This document shows, one piece after another, positions 38,853 through 47,953 of a DNA stretch of 64,000 nucleotides. The notes beneath the pieces were generated by a model. It worked only from the letters and a program-made list of their open reading frames with translations. It made no database searches and was not told where the DNA came from. The position numbers and the translations under genes are program-made. The stretch spans positions 87,858 through 151,857 of the forward strand of contig CAZXND010000001.1 of NCBI GenBank assembly GCA_964641355.1, written 5' to 3'. The stretch is from an uncultured Gammaproteobacteria bacterium. GTDB lineage: Bacteria; Patescibacteriota; Microgenomatia; Levybacterales; GWA1-39-11. Positions within the stretch are counted from its first letter, which is position 1. Every line of letters starts with the position of its first letter.

Positions 38853-41067
38853 TTGATCGAATTAATAAATTGATATTCTTAGAATTAGTGGGAAGTTTGT
38901 TTGGAAATAACGGCAATTTATTTTTTAGTACAATCATGAAAGAAGAAACTCCCTTGGTATTATCCAAAATTTCTTTTGCATCGTTTATATTCTTACCTTT
39001 TAATTTTTCCGCTATTTCATCTGATTTTATTTTTGGAACAAAAACTGCATCCGCAACAAGCTTTGCTTTAATTTCACCATTCTTCTGGGTTTCAAAATTA
39101 GATAATTTAATTTTTGAATCTTCAGAAACATAATTATAATTTGAAGGAATTCCACCAGAATCATCTCTAATCACCTTCTCCAAATCAGAAACACTATACT
39201 TACCTACTTTAAAATTAATTTTGACTGCTAAATGCAAATCAGAAGACTGATCTCCTTTTTTCTTACTAAAGTTTTTAGCCACATACTCATAGTCAAAACT
39301 CTCAGGCAATAATTCTTCATCAGTAGCTTTTTGAGATGAAGCCTTTTCAATTGCTTGTTTTTCAAGACTACCAAATACTTTTGCTTCAAGAGTATCAAGA
39401 TCCTTTTGAGATACAGTCTTTATTTCTTTTTTTGTTCCACCAGAAAAAGCAGAATCATTTTTTGCGAGCACATCAGATTGTGAAAAGTCTCCGACACTAA
39501 AGTTTGTTCCAGAAGGAAGATTATATTCCGTACCAAATTTTGAAGCTTCAATTTTTACCTTTGCACTTGGAGGGGTTATAGCACTAGCACTAAAAGATGC
39601 AACAGAAACATTATCTACTAAAATAAACTTTAGGTTATTAGAAGATGTAATTACACTTCCTTTGTCAAAAGTTCTTTTTTGATCGGATTTATTGTAAACA
39701 GTAATTTCGCCCGTTGATTTATCTCCCGTTTCAGTTATTCCAGTAACATCGGCATCCCCTTCTCCACTTATTTCCTCATCAAAAATTGACACCTTAATAG
39801 AATTTCCTGAGGTAACTTCATTGGATGAAAAAACTAAATCAGATTTTTCATTTACAGACTTTCTGTCAGTAAACACAGAAATGTCCGCTTTAAGAATTAA
39901 TCCATAATACACAAAAGAGAATAAGAATAAGAGAATTAAAAAAACTACAGGGACCACCAATAACCCTGCTTTTTTCTGAGTACTAAAAACAGACGGTAAA
40001 TATATTTTTGGAAAAGAAATTTTTTCTGTTATATTTGAAATTCTCGAAAAAACACTTTTAGCTACTGGCACAGATGAAACATCATTAATTCTAATGTCTT
40101 CTACTTTATTTTCTCCCTTATCAAACTCCGGAATTATTAAATTACTTTCTTCATTTATAGACACTGGGGAAGCTTCATCTTCCACAGTATCCTCTTCTAC
40201 TTCGCCCTTAGCAAATTGAATATCTTGATCCTTTACAAATCCGAATTCTTGAGATTCAGATGTCATCAGTTTTTCAGCATTCTCCTCAACGTCCTTTCCT
40301 GCCTTTATCTCCATCTCAACACGATATCCCATTTGATTTCCAACGCCAGATATTATTGCCTCTTTCTCAAATCCCTTTTCAAGAACAACTGTCTGAGGGA
40401 TGTGTAAAAAAGGCAACTCTTTACTCCATTGATACGAAAGAAAACTCTGCTGAATTTCTTCTGCCTGCTCATAATCGAGGAGAACTATTTTAGAAGGTAA
40501 TACTTCAACATTTTCTATCTTTTTAAGCAGTTTTTCAACTGACCTCGGTAAGTCATCTTCCACATCACCACTTCTCGCCTCAATAACATTATCGTTTTTA
40601 ACGATATAAACATAAATTTTTCTTCCTCCTATTTCAACAAAAATCGAAGAAACTGGTGCACCTTCGGATTTCTTTACAAAAGATGTTATTGCCTCAACTG
40701 AAATTATAAAACCTATGGGAGTAAGGTCTAGTGCTTCACAAATACTTTTAAGTTTTGCGAGATATTCTTTTTTTATTTTTCCAGCATCAACCCAATCGTA
40801 AGGAACAGCAAAAATTGTTTTATTTAGCGGCACCCCTTCAGGAAGGCTTGTTTCTACGAAACTGATAACCTTATCTGATGCTGAGAGAATATCTTCTTCT
40901 TCAAAAGTGGAATTATTTAGAAGCTCGTCCTTTGTGGAAATAACGTGAAGGGACTGTCCTAGTTTTTCAAAAAGTATCGCTCCAACATTTCTAGAATTAA
41001 TAATTAAAGAAAGAAAATATTCTCTTTCCTCTTTCTTTTTATTTAAAAGCTTAGGCAGATTTATCAT
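38845..41067 (-). CDS. Bitopic protein: FtsA/PilM-like cytoplasmic domain, acidic linker, TM, baseplate-J-like external domain
   Basis: N-terminal actin-fold-like pattern (TIFAVP..W, IFVEIG), TM near aa 368-392, C-terminal GEITVYN..F..G..LKF..IEASKFGTEYNL resembling baseplate J/gp47 (recognition only). Confidence 0.55.
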   Translation of the reverse strand: MINLPKLLNKKKEEREYFLSLIINSRNVGAILFEKLGQSLHVISTKDELLNNSTFEEEDILSASDKVISFVETSLPEGVPLNKTIFAVPYDWVDAGKIKKEYLAKLKSICEALDLTPIGFIISVEAITSFVKKSEGAPVSSIFVEIGGRKIYVYIVKNDNVIEARSGDVEDDLPRSVEKLLKKIENVEVLPSKIVLLDYEQAEEIQQSFLSYQWSKELPFLHIPQTVVLEKGFEKEAIISGVGNQMGYRVEMEIKAGKDVEENAEKLMTSESQEFGFVKDQDIQFAKGEVEEDTVEDEASPVSINEESNLIIPEFDKGENKVEDIRINDVSSVPVAKSVFSRISNITEKISFPKIYLPSVFSTQKKAGLLVVPVVFLILLFLFSFVYYGLILKADISVFTDRKSVNEKSDLVFSSNEVTSGNSIKVSIFDEEISGEGDADVTGITETGDKSTGEITVYNKSDQKRTFDKGSVITSSNNLKFILVDNVSVASFSASAITPPSAKVKIEASKFGTEYNLPSGTNFSVGDFSQSDVLAKNDSAFSGGTKKEIKTVSQKDLDTLEAKVFGSLEKQAIEKASSQKATDEELLPESFDYEYVAKNFSKKKGDQSSDLHLAVKINFKVGKYSVSDLEKVIRDDSGGIPSNYNYVSEDSKIKLSNFETQKNGEIKAKLVADAVFVPKIKSDEIAEKLKGKNINDAKEILDNTKGVSSFMIVLKNKLPLFPNKLPTNSKNINLLIRSNE

Positions 41068-42857
41068 GTAACTTTTGCGTATATTCTTCTAGTATTCTTT
41101 CCCGCTCCTTCCTCTTTTATAATCTTAAACGATTTTATTTCACCTGTAAAATCCACATGAGGACCTCCACAAAATTCTTTTGAATAATTTCCAACAAAGT
41201 ACACTTTTACATTGCTACTATACTTATCGTCAAAAAGACCTATCGCACCTATATTTTTAGCCTGATCTATAGACATGATCTCGAAGTGAACAGGAAGGTT
41301 TTCCTTTATCCTTGTCAAAACAATCTCATCAACCATTTTAACCTCCTCGTGTGTTAACTTTCTATCAAAAGAAAAATCAAACCTTAATCTCTCAGATGTA
41401 ATATTTGATCCTGTTTGGTGAACTGATTCTCCTAATACATCTCGTAACGCCTGGTGCAAGAGATGAGTTGCAGTGTGACCCTTAACCGTCAACTCTTCAT
41501 GGTCAGCTAATCCACCTGCAAATTTTTGTTTAGCTCCCTTTCTTGATAAATCTTGATGTTTTTTTATTTTCTCTACAAACTCTTCCTCAGAAAAAGTATA
41601 TCCCAAACTTTTAATTTGAGAGGGTGATAATCCATGCGTAGAATAAAGAGTAAATGCATCCTCTGAAGATATTTCTTTTACTCCCAAAATTTCATCTCCT
41701 ATATCGCGGTACTTTTTAATTATATAATTCTTTGCACTCTCAACTGTTCTTTTATATGTATTTTTCTCTTCTAAAAAGGTTAATTTAATATTCTCAAATT
41801 TTTTTAATAAAATAGAGTCTGTAGGAGAATATTGTTCGACTATTTTTTCTAGTACTAAATCCACATCATCAATCCCAAGCTTATATAAATTATCAATACC
41901 ACGTCTTATTAATCTTCTTAGTAGATATCCCTGTTCCTTATTTGAAGGTCTGATACCATCTGCTGCAATAAAAGAACCAGCTATAAAATGGTCTGAAACA
42001 ATTCTCATTTCTCGTTCGTTTTCTTTGTATTTTTTACCCGAAACTTCCTCAAGAGACTTCACAATTGGGAAAAAGAGGGATGTTTCAAAAATGTCATTTT
42101 TATCTTCTGTAGCAGCGATAAGCCTTTCAAGTCCTCCTCCAAAATCAACATTAGACTTGGGAAGTCTTTTAAACTCTCCGTCTTTTTCCTTCACGTATTC
42201 CATGAATACACTATTTCCAATCTCTAATAATCTCCCTTTATCAGACAACTCTTTAAAACTTCCCCCTATCTCTCCTTCTTCAGGTTTTAAATCAAAATAA
42301 ACCTCACTATCAGGACCTCCTAATTCGCCAGGAGGCATTTTCTCAGGAACTCCAGACCTCGACCACCAGTTATCCTCAACTCCACAATAAAAGATTCTCC
42401 CATTAGGGTTTATATTTTCGGAATTAAATAGTTCTTTCCAAATTTCAGCAGACTCATCGTCTTTTGGAATATTTTTATACCCTTCAAAGACACTTACATA
42501 AAGCCTTTTAGGATCTAATAACAATTCCTTTGTCAGAAATTCAAAGAACCAAGGGATCTGCTCACGTTTAAAATAATCACCCAAACTCCAATTCCCAAGC
42601 ATTCTAAAAAATGTTGTATGACGATTATCACCAATCTCATCAATATCTTGTGCGCGAAAACAATTTTGAACATTAACCAAACGTGTTCCCGAAGGATGCA
42701 CTTCTCCAAGAAGGTAAGGAATCAATGGCTGCATTCCAGATGAAGTAAAGAGTGTCGTGGGATCATTCTCTGGAATTAACGAAGAATTAGCTATTAAAGC
42801 ATGTTTTCTCTTCTCAAAAAAAGATATATAAATATTTACAATATCCTGAGCACTCAT
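41064..42857 (-). CDS. alaS: Alanine--tRNA ligase (short, lacks C-Ala)
   Basis: LFTSSGMQP, HTTFFRMLGNWS, GGGLER, GYLLRRLIRR, editing HTATH and FCGGPH. Confidence 0.95.
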   Translation of the reverse strand: MSAQDIVNIYISFFEKRKHALIANSSLIPENDPTTLFTSSGMQPLIPYLLGEVHPSGTRLVNVQNCFRAQDIDEIGDNRHTTFFRMLGNWSLGDYFKREQIPWFFEFLTKELLLDPKRLYVSVFEGYKNIPKDDESAEIWKELFNSENINPNGRIFYCGVEDNWWSRSGVPEKMPPGELGGPDSEVYFDLKPEEGEIGGSFKELSDKGRLLEIGNSVFMEYVKEKDGEFKRLPKSNVDFGGGLERLIAATEDKNDIFETSLFFPIVKSLEEVSGKKYKENEREMRIVSDHFIAGSFIAADGIRPSNKEQGYLLRRLIRRGIDNLYKLGIDDVDLVLEKIVEQYSPTDSILLKKFENIKLTFLEEKNTYKRTVESAKNYIIKKYRDIGDEILGVKEISSEDAFTLYSTHGLSPSQIKSLGYTFSEEEFVEKIKKHQDLSRKGAKQKFAGGLADHEELTVKGHTATHLLHQALRDVLGESVHQTGSNITSERLRFDFSFDRKLTHEEVKMVDEIVLTRIKENLPVHFEIMSIDQAKNIGAIGLFDDKYSSNVKVYFVGNYSKEFCGGPHVDFTGEIKSFKIIKEEGAGKNTRRIYAKVT

Positions 42858-42898
42858 TTAGATTTATATTATAGCAGTTTGAAGCTGGTTGTAGAAAT

Positions 42899-43516
42899 CT
42901 ACTCTATAAATTCTCTAAGTGGGCAGTCTATATGTTTACAACGGGCTGAACAGTATTTCCTCCCATATAAAATTAATCCTAAAGCAAAATCATGCCAACT
43001 TCTTTTCGGTAGAACCTTCATTAAATCATTCTCAATTTTTTCTGGATCTTGTTTATTGGTTAGTCCAAATAAATTGGCGAGACGCTTTACATGAGTATCA
43101 ACAACTATTCCTTCGCTTTTCCCAAATGCTTCTTGCAAAATTACATTTGCAGTTTTTCTGCCAACAAATGGAAGCTTCACTAATTCTTCCATAGATTCAG
43201 GCAAGTTTCCATCATATTGATCCAAAATAATGTCTGCAGCTTTTTTAATTGCTTTTGCTTTACCTTTATAAAAATTTATTTTATTTATATCTGATTCGAA
43301 CTCCTCCAAAGAAACTTTTTGATAATCAGATATTTTTTTATATTTACTAAATAATTCTTTAGTTACCTTGTTTACTCCAACATCGGTCTGCTGAGCAGAA
43401 AGTACAACCGCAACATATAATTCCCAGGGATTTGAATATGTAAGAGGAGTATGGGGATCTGGGAATAATTTTTTTAGAATCACTTCTATCTTATTTATTT
43501 TTTCCGTTTTACTCAT
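42899..43516 (-). CDS. nth: Endonuclease III
   Basis: VLSAQQTD, LPFVGRKTAN (HhH Lys), VVDTHV, GRKYC. Confidence 0.93.
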   Translation of the reverse strand: MSKTEKINKIEVILKKLFPDPHTPLTYSNPWELYVAVVLSAQQTDVGVNKVTKELFSKYKKISDYQKVSLEEFESDINKINFYKGKAKAIKKAADIILDQYDGNLPESMEELVKLPFVGRKTANVILQEAFGKSEGIVVDTHVKRLANLFGLTNKQDPEKIENDLMKVLPKRSWHDFALGLILYGRKYCSARCKHIDCPLREFIE

Positions 43517-43519
43517 TTC

Positions 43520-44476
43520 TTATTTTAACGTTGAGATTTCCGCTATTGTATCTGCCAATTTTTTTGAATCATGTCTCAAAAACTGTCCTCTCCTCAAAAA
43601 CTTTCCCACTATAACTTTAAAATTATCTTTTTCAAAAGCCTTAGGGGAATATTCAACAAATTCTTCATTTTCTTCTCTATATCTTTCTAGGATTTCTCCT
43701 TTAAGCTTTTGAACATTTACTATTATGTAATTCAAAACTCCCTTACCTAAGTGTTCTTCCATAATCCTAACAAAATCTCTTGCCGAATAACTATTTGTTT
43801 CACCAAATTTCGTCATTATGTTTACGACATAAATTTTTTTGGCCTTAGAATTTTTAATAGCATCTTTTATTCCCTTTACTAGCAGGTTGGGAATGATCGA
43901 AGTATATAAATCTCCAGGTCCAAGAATTATAAAATCTGCTTTTTTAATTGCATCGACAGCATCGGGATTTGCATTAACATTCGGTTTCAAAAATAATCTT
44001 TTAATCTTGAGGCTTCCATCATGCTTTGGAACATCGATGTTCGTCTCGCCAATTACAACTTCACCATTTTCTAAAGTAGCATGAAGCCTCGTCGGAGTGA
44101 GTGTTACTGGAATTACCTTCCCTCTAACATTAAGAATTTTAACAGCTTCTTTAACTGCTTTATCAAAACTTCCAGTTATTCGTTCTAACGCCGTTAAAAG
44201 AAGATTACCCAAACTATGTCCCTTCAAAGTTTGTCCCTCTGAAAACCGATAATTAAATAATTCGGAAACAATCTTATTATTAGTCTCTGAAAGAGCTACA
44301 AGAACACGTCTAATATCCCCTGGTGGTAGTATCCCAAACTCTTCTCGAAGCTGCCCAGTTGAACCACCATCATCAGCCATGGAAACGATAGCATAAAGTT
44401 TAAAAGGATAGTTTTTAAGCCCGGTAAGAACAGTAAAAACTCCAGTCCCACCACCTATTACAACAATTCTTTTCAT
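43520..44476 (-). CDS. YvcK/GlmR (UPF0052, CofD-like) family protein
   Basis: IGGGTG, ADDGGSTG, PPGDIR, GHSLGNL, GPGDLYTSI, RHD. Confidence 0.93.
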   Translation of the reverse strand: MKRIVVIGGGTGVFTVLTGLKNYPFKLYAIVSMADDGGSTGQLREEFGILPPGDIRRVLVALSETNNKIVSELFNYRFSEGQTLKGHSLGNLLLTALERITGSFDKAVKEAVKILNVRGKVIPVTLTPTRLHATLENGEVVIGETNIDVPKHDGSLKIKRLFLKPNVNANPDAVDAIKKADFIILGPGDLYTSIIPNLLVKGIKDAIKNSKAKKIYVVNIMTKFGETNSYSARDFVRIMEEHLGKGVLNYIIVNVQKLKGEILERYREENEEFVEYSPKAFEKDNFKVIVGKFLRRGQFLRHDSKKLADTIAEISTLK

Positions 44477-44568
44477 ATCTTATAAAGTTTAATATAGAAA
44501 ACCTCCAAAAGAATTATATCTTTCCTATAATGCCGCAATTATATCAAACTCGAGGTTAAACAGTAGCT

Positions 44569-44862
44569 CTAAAACCTTTTTTTAATCCCTTTAAAAAAAC
44601 GCTTTCTAGGAGAATGTCCATTACCATTTTCATGCAATTCTTCTTGATTTTCCTCAACCTCGTCCGTCTCCTCGTTCGTATACTCATCCGCTCCTTCGAA
44701 TTCTGAAATATTTTCAAGAGTTTCAAACCCCATTTCAGATAATTGTTTCAAGATTCTCTTTCCCCTTTTTGTAGTAAAAAGATAAACTATAATTCCACCA
44801 ATTATCATTCCCCACAAAAAAGCATTACTACTAGATTTACGATGTTCATTCTTCTCAGACAT
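44569..44862 (-). CDS. YtxH-like small membrane protein
   Basis: FLWGMIIGG..YLFTTKRGK pattern; acidic tail; start reassigned to 44862. Confidence 0.6.
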   Translation of the reverse strand: MSEKNEHRKSSSNAFLWGMIIGGIIVYLFTTKRGKRILKQLSEMGFETLENISEFEGADEYTNEETDEVEENQEELHENGNGHSPRKRFFKGIKKRF

Positions 44863-44866
44863 GGAG

Positions 44867-45127
44867 CTACTCCTTCCTTTTTTTTGCACCTAAAACTTTA
44901 GCCAAGTTTGACAAAGACTTAGTACCAGTTAAAAGACCTGATAAAAATGACATGGGTTCTGAAACACTTTCAGTTATTACCTCAGTGTTCTCAAGAACTT
45001 TATTGGCTCGATCTAATGTTGTTCTAAGCTCTTTTAATATAAAAAATACCTGAACCCCAAGCACAACAAGAAGAACGGTAAGAAGAACGATAACAAAAAG
45101 CAAAACACCTTGGACAGCATCAATCAT
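44867..45127 (-). CDS. DUF948/YoxC-like membrane protein
   Basis: Long TM followed by coiled coil LRTTLDRANKVLE; adjacent to the YtxH-like gene. Confidence 0.6.
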   Translation of the reverse strand: MIDAVQGVLLFVIVLLTVLLVVLGVQVFFILKELRTTLDRANKVLENTEVITESVSEPMSFLSGLLTGTKSLSNLAKVLGAKKRKE

Positions 45128-45171
45128 GGTTTTATTAGACTAGCACTTATTAAGCTCAAAAGTCAATAAAA

Positions 45172-45792
45172 TCATTTAACAATTACTGATAACTCTTTTT
45201 TACTAGATTTTCCATATCTGTTTTTGGCTACTATTTTTATCTTCTGTTCACCCGAAAAAGTATAGATTGTTTTCTTAAAGGATCCGTCAAAAGGAGCAAC
45301 ATAAACTTCCTCTTCGTTAATAAAAAGGGCTGCATAGGGATCTGTTTTTCCTTTGACTTCAATTAAATTTCCGCCTATGATTGATCTATCTCGGGGACTA
45401 ACCACTTCAAGCTTTGGACCAAAAATGAGTGACCCGTATTGAAAAATAATAAAAATAATAATTATTATAAAAGTTGCAAACAAAAGAATTCTCTTTGCAT
45501 CAAAAAAACCTTTCCTAACAGATTCTCTTTGTTTAAAAGTTACACTATTCTCTTTTTTATCATCATATTCTCTTCGAAAAAGAGCGATTGCCTTCCCTTC
45601 GGGATAGCCAAGAAATGATGCATAATTTTTTACAAACCCCATTGCATATGCTTGAGATGGTAACTGATCGAATTTCCCGTTTTCTATTGCCAAAAGAAAA
45701 TTCTTTCTTATTTTTGTAATTCTTTCAACATGCTCAATGGAAAGGTCTCTCTTTTCCCTTTCTTCCTTCAATAATTGGCTGATTTTTTGCAT
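45172..45792 (-). CDS. RodZ-like HTH_25 membrane protein with Ig-like C-terminus
   Basis: LKEERE..TKIR..LAIENG..LP..YAMGFVKNYA; TM; follows ftsK. Confidence 0.85.
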   Translation of the reverse strand: MQKISQLLKEEREKRDLSIEHVERITKIRKNFLLAIENGKFDQLPSQAYAMGFVKNYASFLGYPEGKAIALFRREYDDKKENSVTFKQRESVRKGFFDAKRILLFATFIIIIIFIIFQYGSLIFGPKLEVVSPRDRSIIGGNLIEVKGKTDPYAALFINEEEVYVAPFDGSFKKTIYTFSGEQKIKIVAKNRYGKSSKKELSVIVK

Positions 45793-45815
45793 GTATAATA
45801 TAACTGACTTCGAGG

Positions 45816-47921
45816 TTAAGTTGATCTATTAAGAATTTCTTCAGGATTTTTTACTATTACATCACGGGGCTTTGATCCATCTCCGGGACCAACGACTCCA
45901 GCCGCTTCAAGCTGTTCGATAATTCTTGCTGCCCTATTAAAACCTATAGAAAGCTTTCTCTGAAGAAGGGAGGACGAAGCTCTATCGTACTGACATACAA
46001 TTCTTACTGCTTGCTCAAACAATTCATCTTGATCGTCATGCACTGATCCATCACTACTATAAGTGACACCTCCACGCTTTAAATTTACAGGCTGTTCAAC
46101 AACTTCAGTTGTGTATTGAACTGGAATTCCACGAGACTTAATAAAATTAACTAATCTTTTTACATCTTGATCTGATACAAAGGTTCCTTGAATTCTCGTA
46201 GGTTTAGCTTGATCAGGTGGTACGTACAACATATCTCCTCTTCCAAGAAGCTTCTCTGCTCCTGGCGTGTCAATAATAACCTTACTATCAACCATCGAAG
46301 AAACATTAAACGCTATCCTACAAGGAATATTGGCTTTAATTAATCCCGTTATAACATCTACTGAAGGTCTTTGAGTTGATAACACTAAATGTATTCCAGT
46401 TGCACGTGCCATTTGTGCAAGACGGGCAATCGAGTCCTCAACTTCAACAGGTGCAAGCGCCATCAAGTCAGCAAGTTCATCTATAAATATGATTAAATAA
46501 GGAAGAGCTTGAAACCCAGACAACTCGTTAAAAGAATCAATATTCCTTACTCCTGCATCAGCAAACTTTATATATCTTCTATCCATCTCCTTAAGAGCCC
46601 ACTTAAGAGCAGAAACACTTTTATCTGCATCAACAACTACAGGAGTTAAAAGGTGGGGAATATCATTATAACCAGTCAACTCAACTCTTTTAGGATCAAT
46701 TAGAATCATCTTGACCTCAGACGGTGAAGCCCTAAAAAGCAAAGAGGATATAATAGAGTTAACGAGTACTGATTTTCCAGATCCTGTTGTTCCAGCAACA
46801 AGTACATGAGGCATTTTAGCAATATCAGCAACCACTGGATTTCCTGAGACATCTAAACCAAGAGGAACAATCGTCTTTGATTTTGCCTTCTGCATTTGTG
46901 AAGATTCAAGCATTCTTTTAAGACCTACCATCTCAAGACCTCTATTTGGAACTTCTATACCTACCAAGTCTCTTCCAGGAATCGGAGCTTCGATTCTTAT
47001 CTGACCGGTAGGTGCTTCCGTTGCAAGAGCAAGATCATTAGCAAGAGCTGTGACTTTTGAAAGTTTAGTTCCCTGAGCAATTCTAATTGCATACTGAGTA
47101 ACTGAAGGGCCCATGTTTATTTCGATAATTTTTGCCTGAATTCTAAAACTTTGGAGCGTGTTTTCAATAATCGCAGCGGTCTTCTTTACATCACCAGTAT
47201 CCTTTTTTTTATCAGCGTGCTCTGATAGTAAAGAAAGTGGAGGATACTCCCAAACTCCCATTTCAAGAGGTTCATTAAGAATGATATCATCACTCAAATC
47301 CTTCTTTGCAGCTGCAACGACAGGAGGTTGTGAGTGAGATTCAGAAGAAGTAGGAGTATCTTTTAAGCCTTTAATTTTTATTTGATCTATATCATTAGTT
47401 GATTTTTTAGTTTTAAGCAAAGGAAAGATCCTTTGACTAATAAAGACGCCCACAAAAGACAATGATTTAGAAATTACCGAAAAAACTTGAGAAATAGATA
47501 AATTAAAGAATATACTTAGTCCTAAAAATATTCCTACAAAGAAAATAATATTGCTTAAAATTCCACCCAAGAGCGCGTCAGTATTTGCAAAAATAAGTAT
47601 TCCAACATAACCTTGTTTAAAAAGAGAAACAGAAGATAAGGTCATTATTAAAAAACCTAGGAAAAAAGTTGGCTTTGTAAATTTAGATTTTATTCTTGTT
47701 AACAGCAGAGCAAAAAGAAGTATATTAAATGGGATGAAAAATCCAAATAAACCAAAAAAATAAACCAAATATCTATTTGTAGTACTTAGAAATTCTCCAT
47801 TTTTTGTGTAAGAGAAAAGCAAAAGAGCAGAAAACAAGAAGAGACAAATACAAAAAAGTGTATAAATAGTATCATTTTTAAGCTTGAGCTTAAATAAATT
47901 TCTTTTTTTGTGTCTACCCAC
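45816..47921 (-). CDS. ftsK: DNA translocase FtsK/SpoIIIE
   Basis: N-terminal TMs, PHVLVAGTTGSGKS, DELADLM, TQRPS, gamma domain LQRKLSIGFNRA. Confidence 0.97.
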   Translation of the reverse strand: MGRHKKRNLFKLKLKNDTIYTLFCICLFLFSALLLFSYTKNGEFLSTTNRYLVYFFGLFGFFIPFNILLFALLLTRIKSKFTKPTFFLGFLIMTLSSVSLFKQGYVGILIFANTDALLGGILSNIIFFVGIFLGLSIFFNLSISQVFSVISKSLSFVGVFISQRIFPLLKTKKSTNDIDQIKIKGLKDTPTSSESHSQPPVVAAAKKDLSDDIILNEPLEMGVWEYPPLSLLSEHADKKKDTGDVKKTAAIIENTLQSFRIQAKIIEINMGPSVTQYAIRIAQGTKLSKVTALANDLALATEAPTGQIRIEAPIPGRDLVGIEVPNRGLEMVGLKRMLESSQMQKAKSKTIVPLGLDVSGNPVVADIAKMPHVLVAGTTGSGKSVLVNSIISSLLFRASPSEVKMILIDPKRVELTGYNDIPHLLTPVVVDADKSVSALKWALKEMDRRYIKFADAGVRNIDSFNELSGFQALPYLIIFIDELADLMALAPVEVEDSIARLAQMARATGIHLVLSTQRPSVDVITGLIKANIPCRIAFNVSSMVDSKVIIDTPGAEKLLGRGDMLYVPPDQAKPTRIQGTFVSDQDVKRLVNFIKSRGIPVQYTTEVVEQPVNLKRGGVTYSSDGSVHDDQDELFEQAVRIVCQYDRASSSLLQRKLSIGFNRAARIIEQLEAAGVVGPGDGSKPRDVIVKNPEEILNRST

Positions 47922-47953
47922 GGTAGTATTATACTATACTTATGCTTTTCTTA

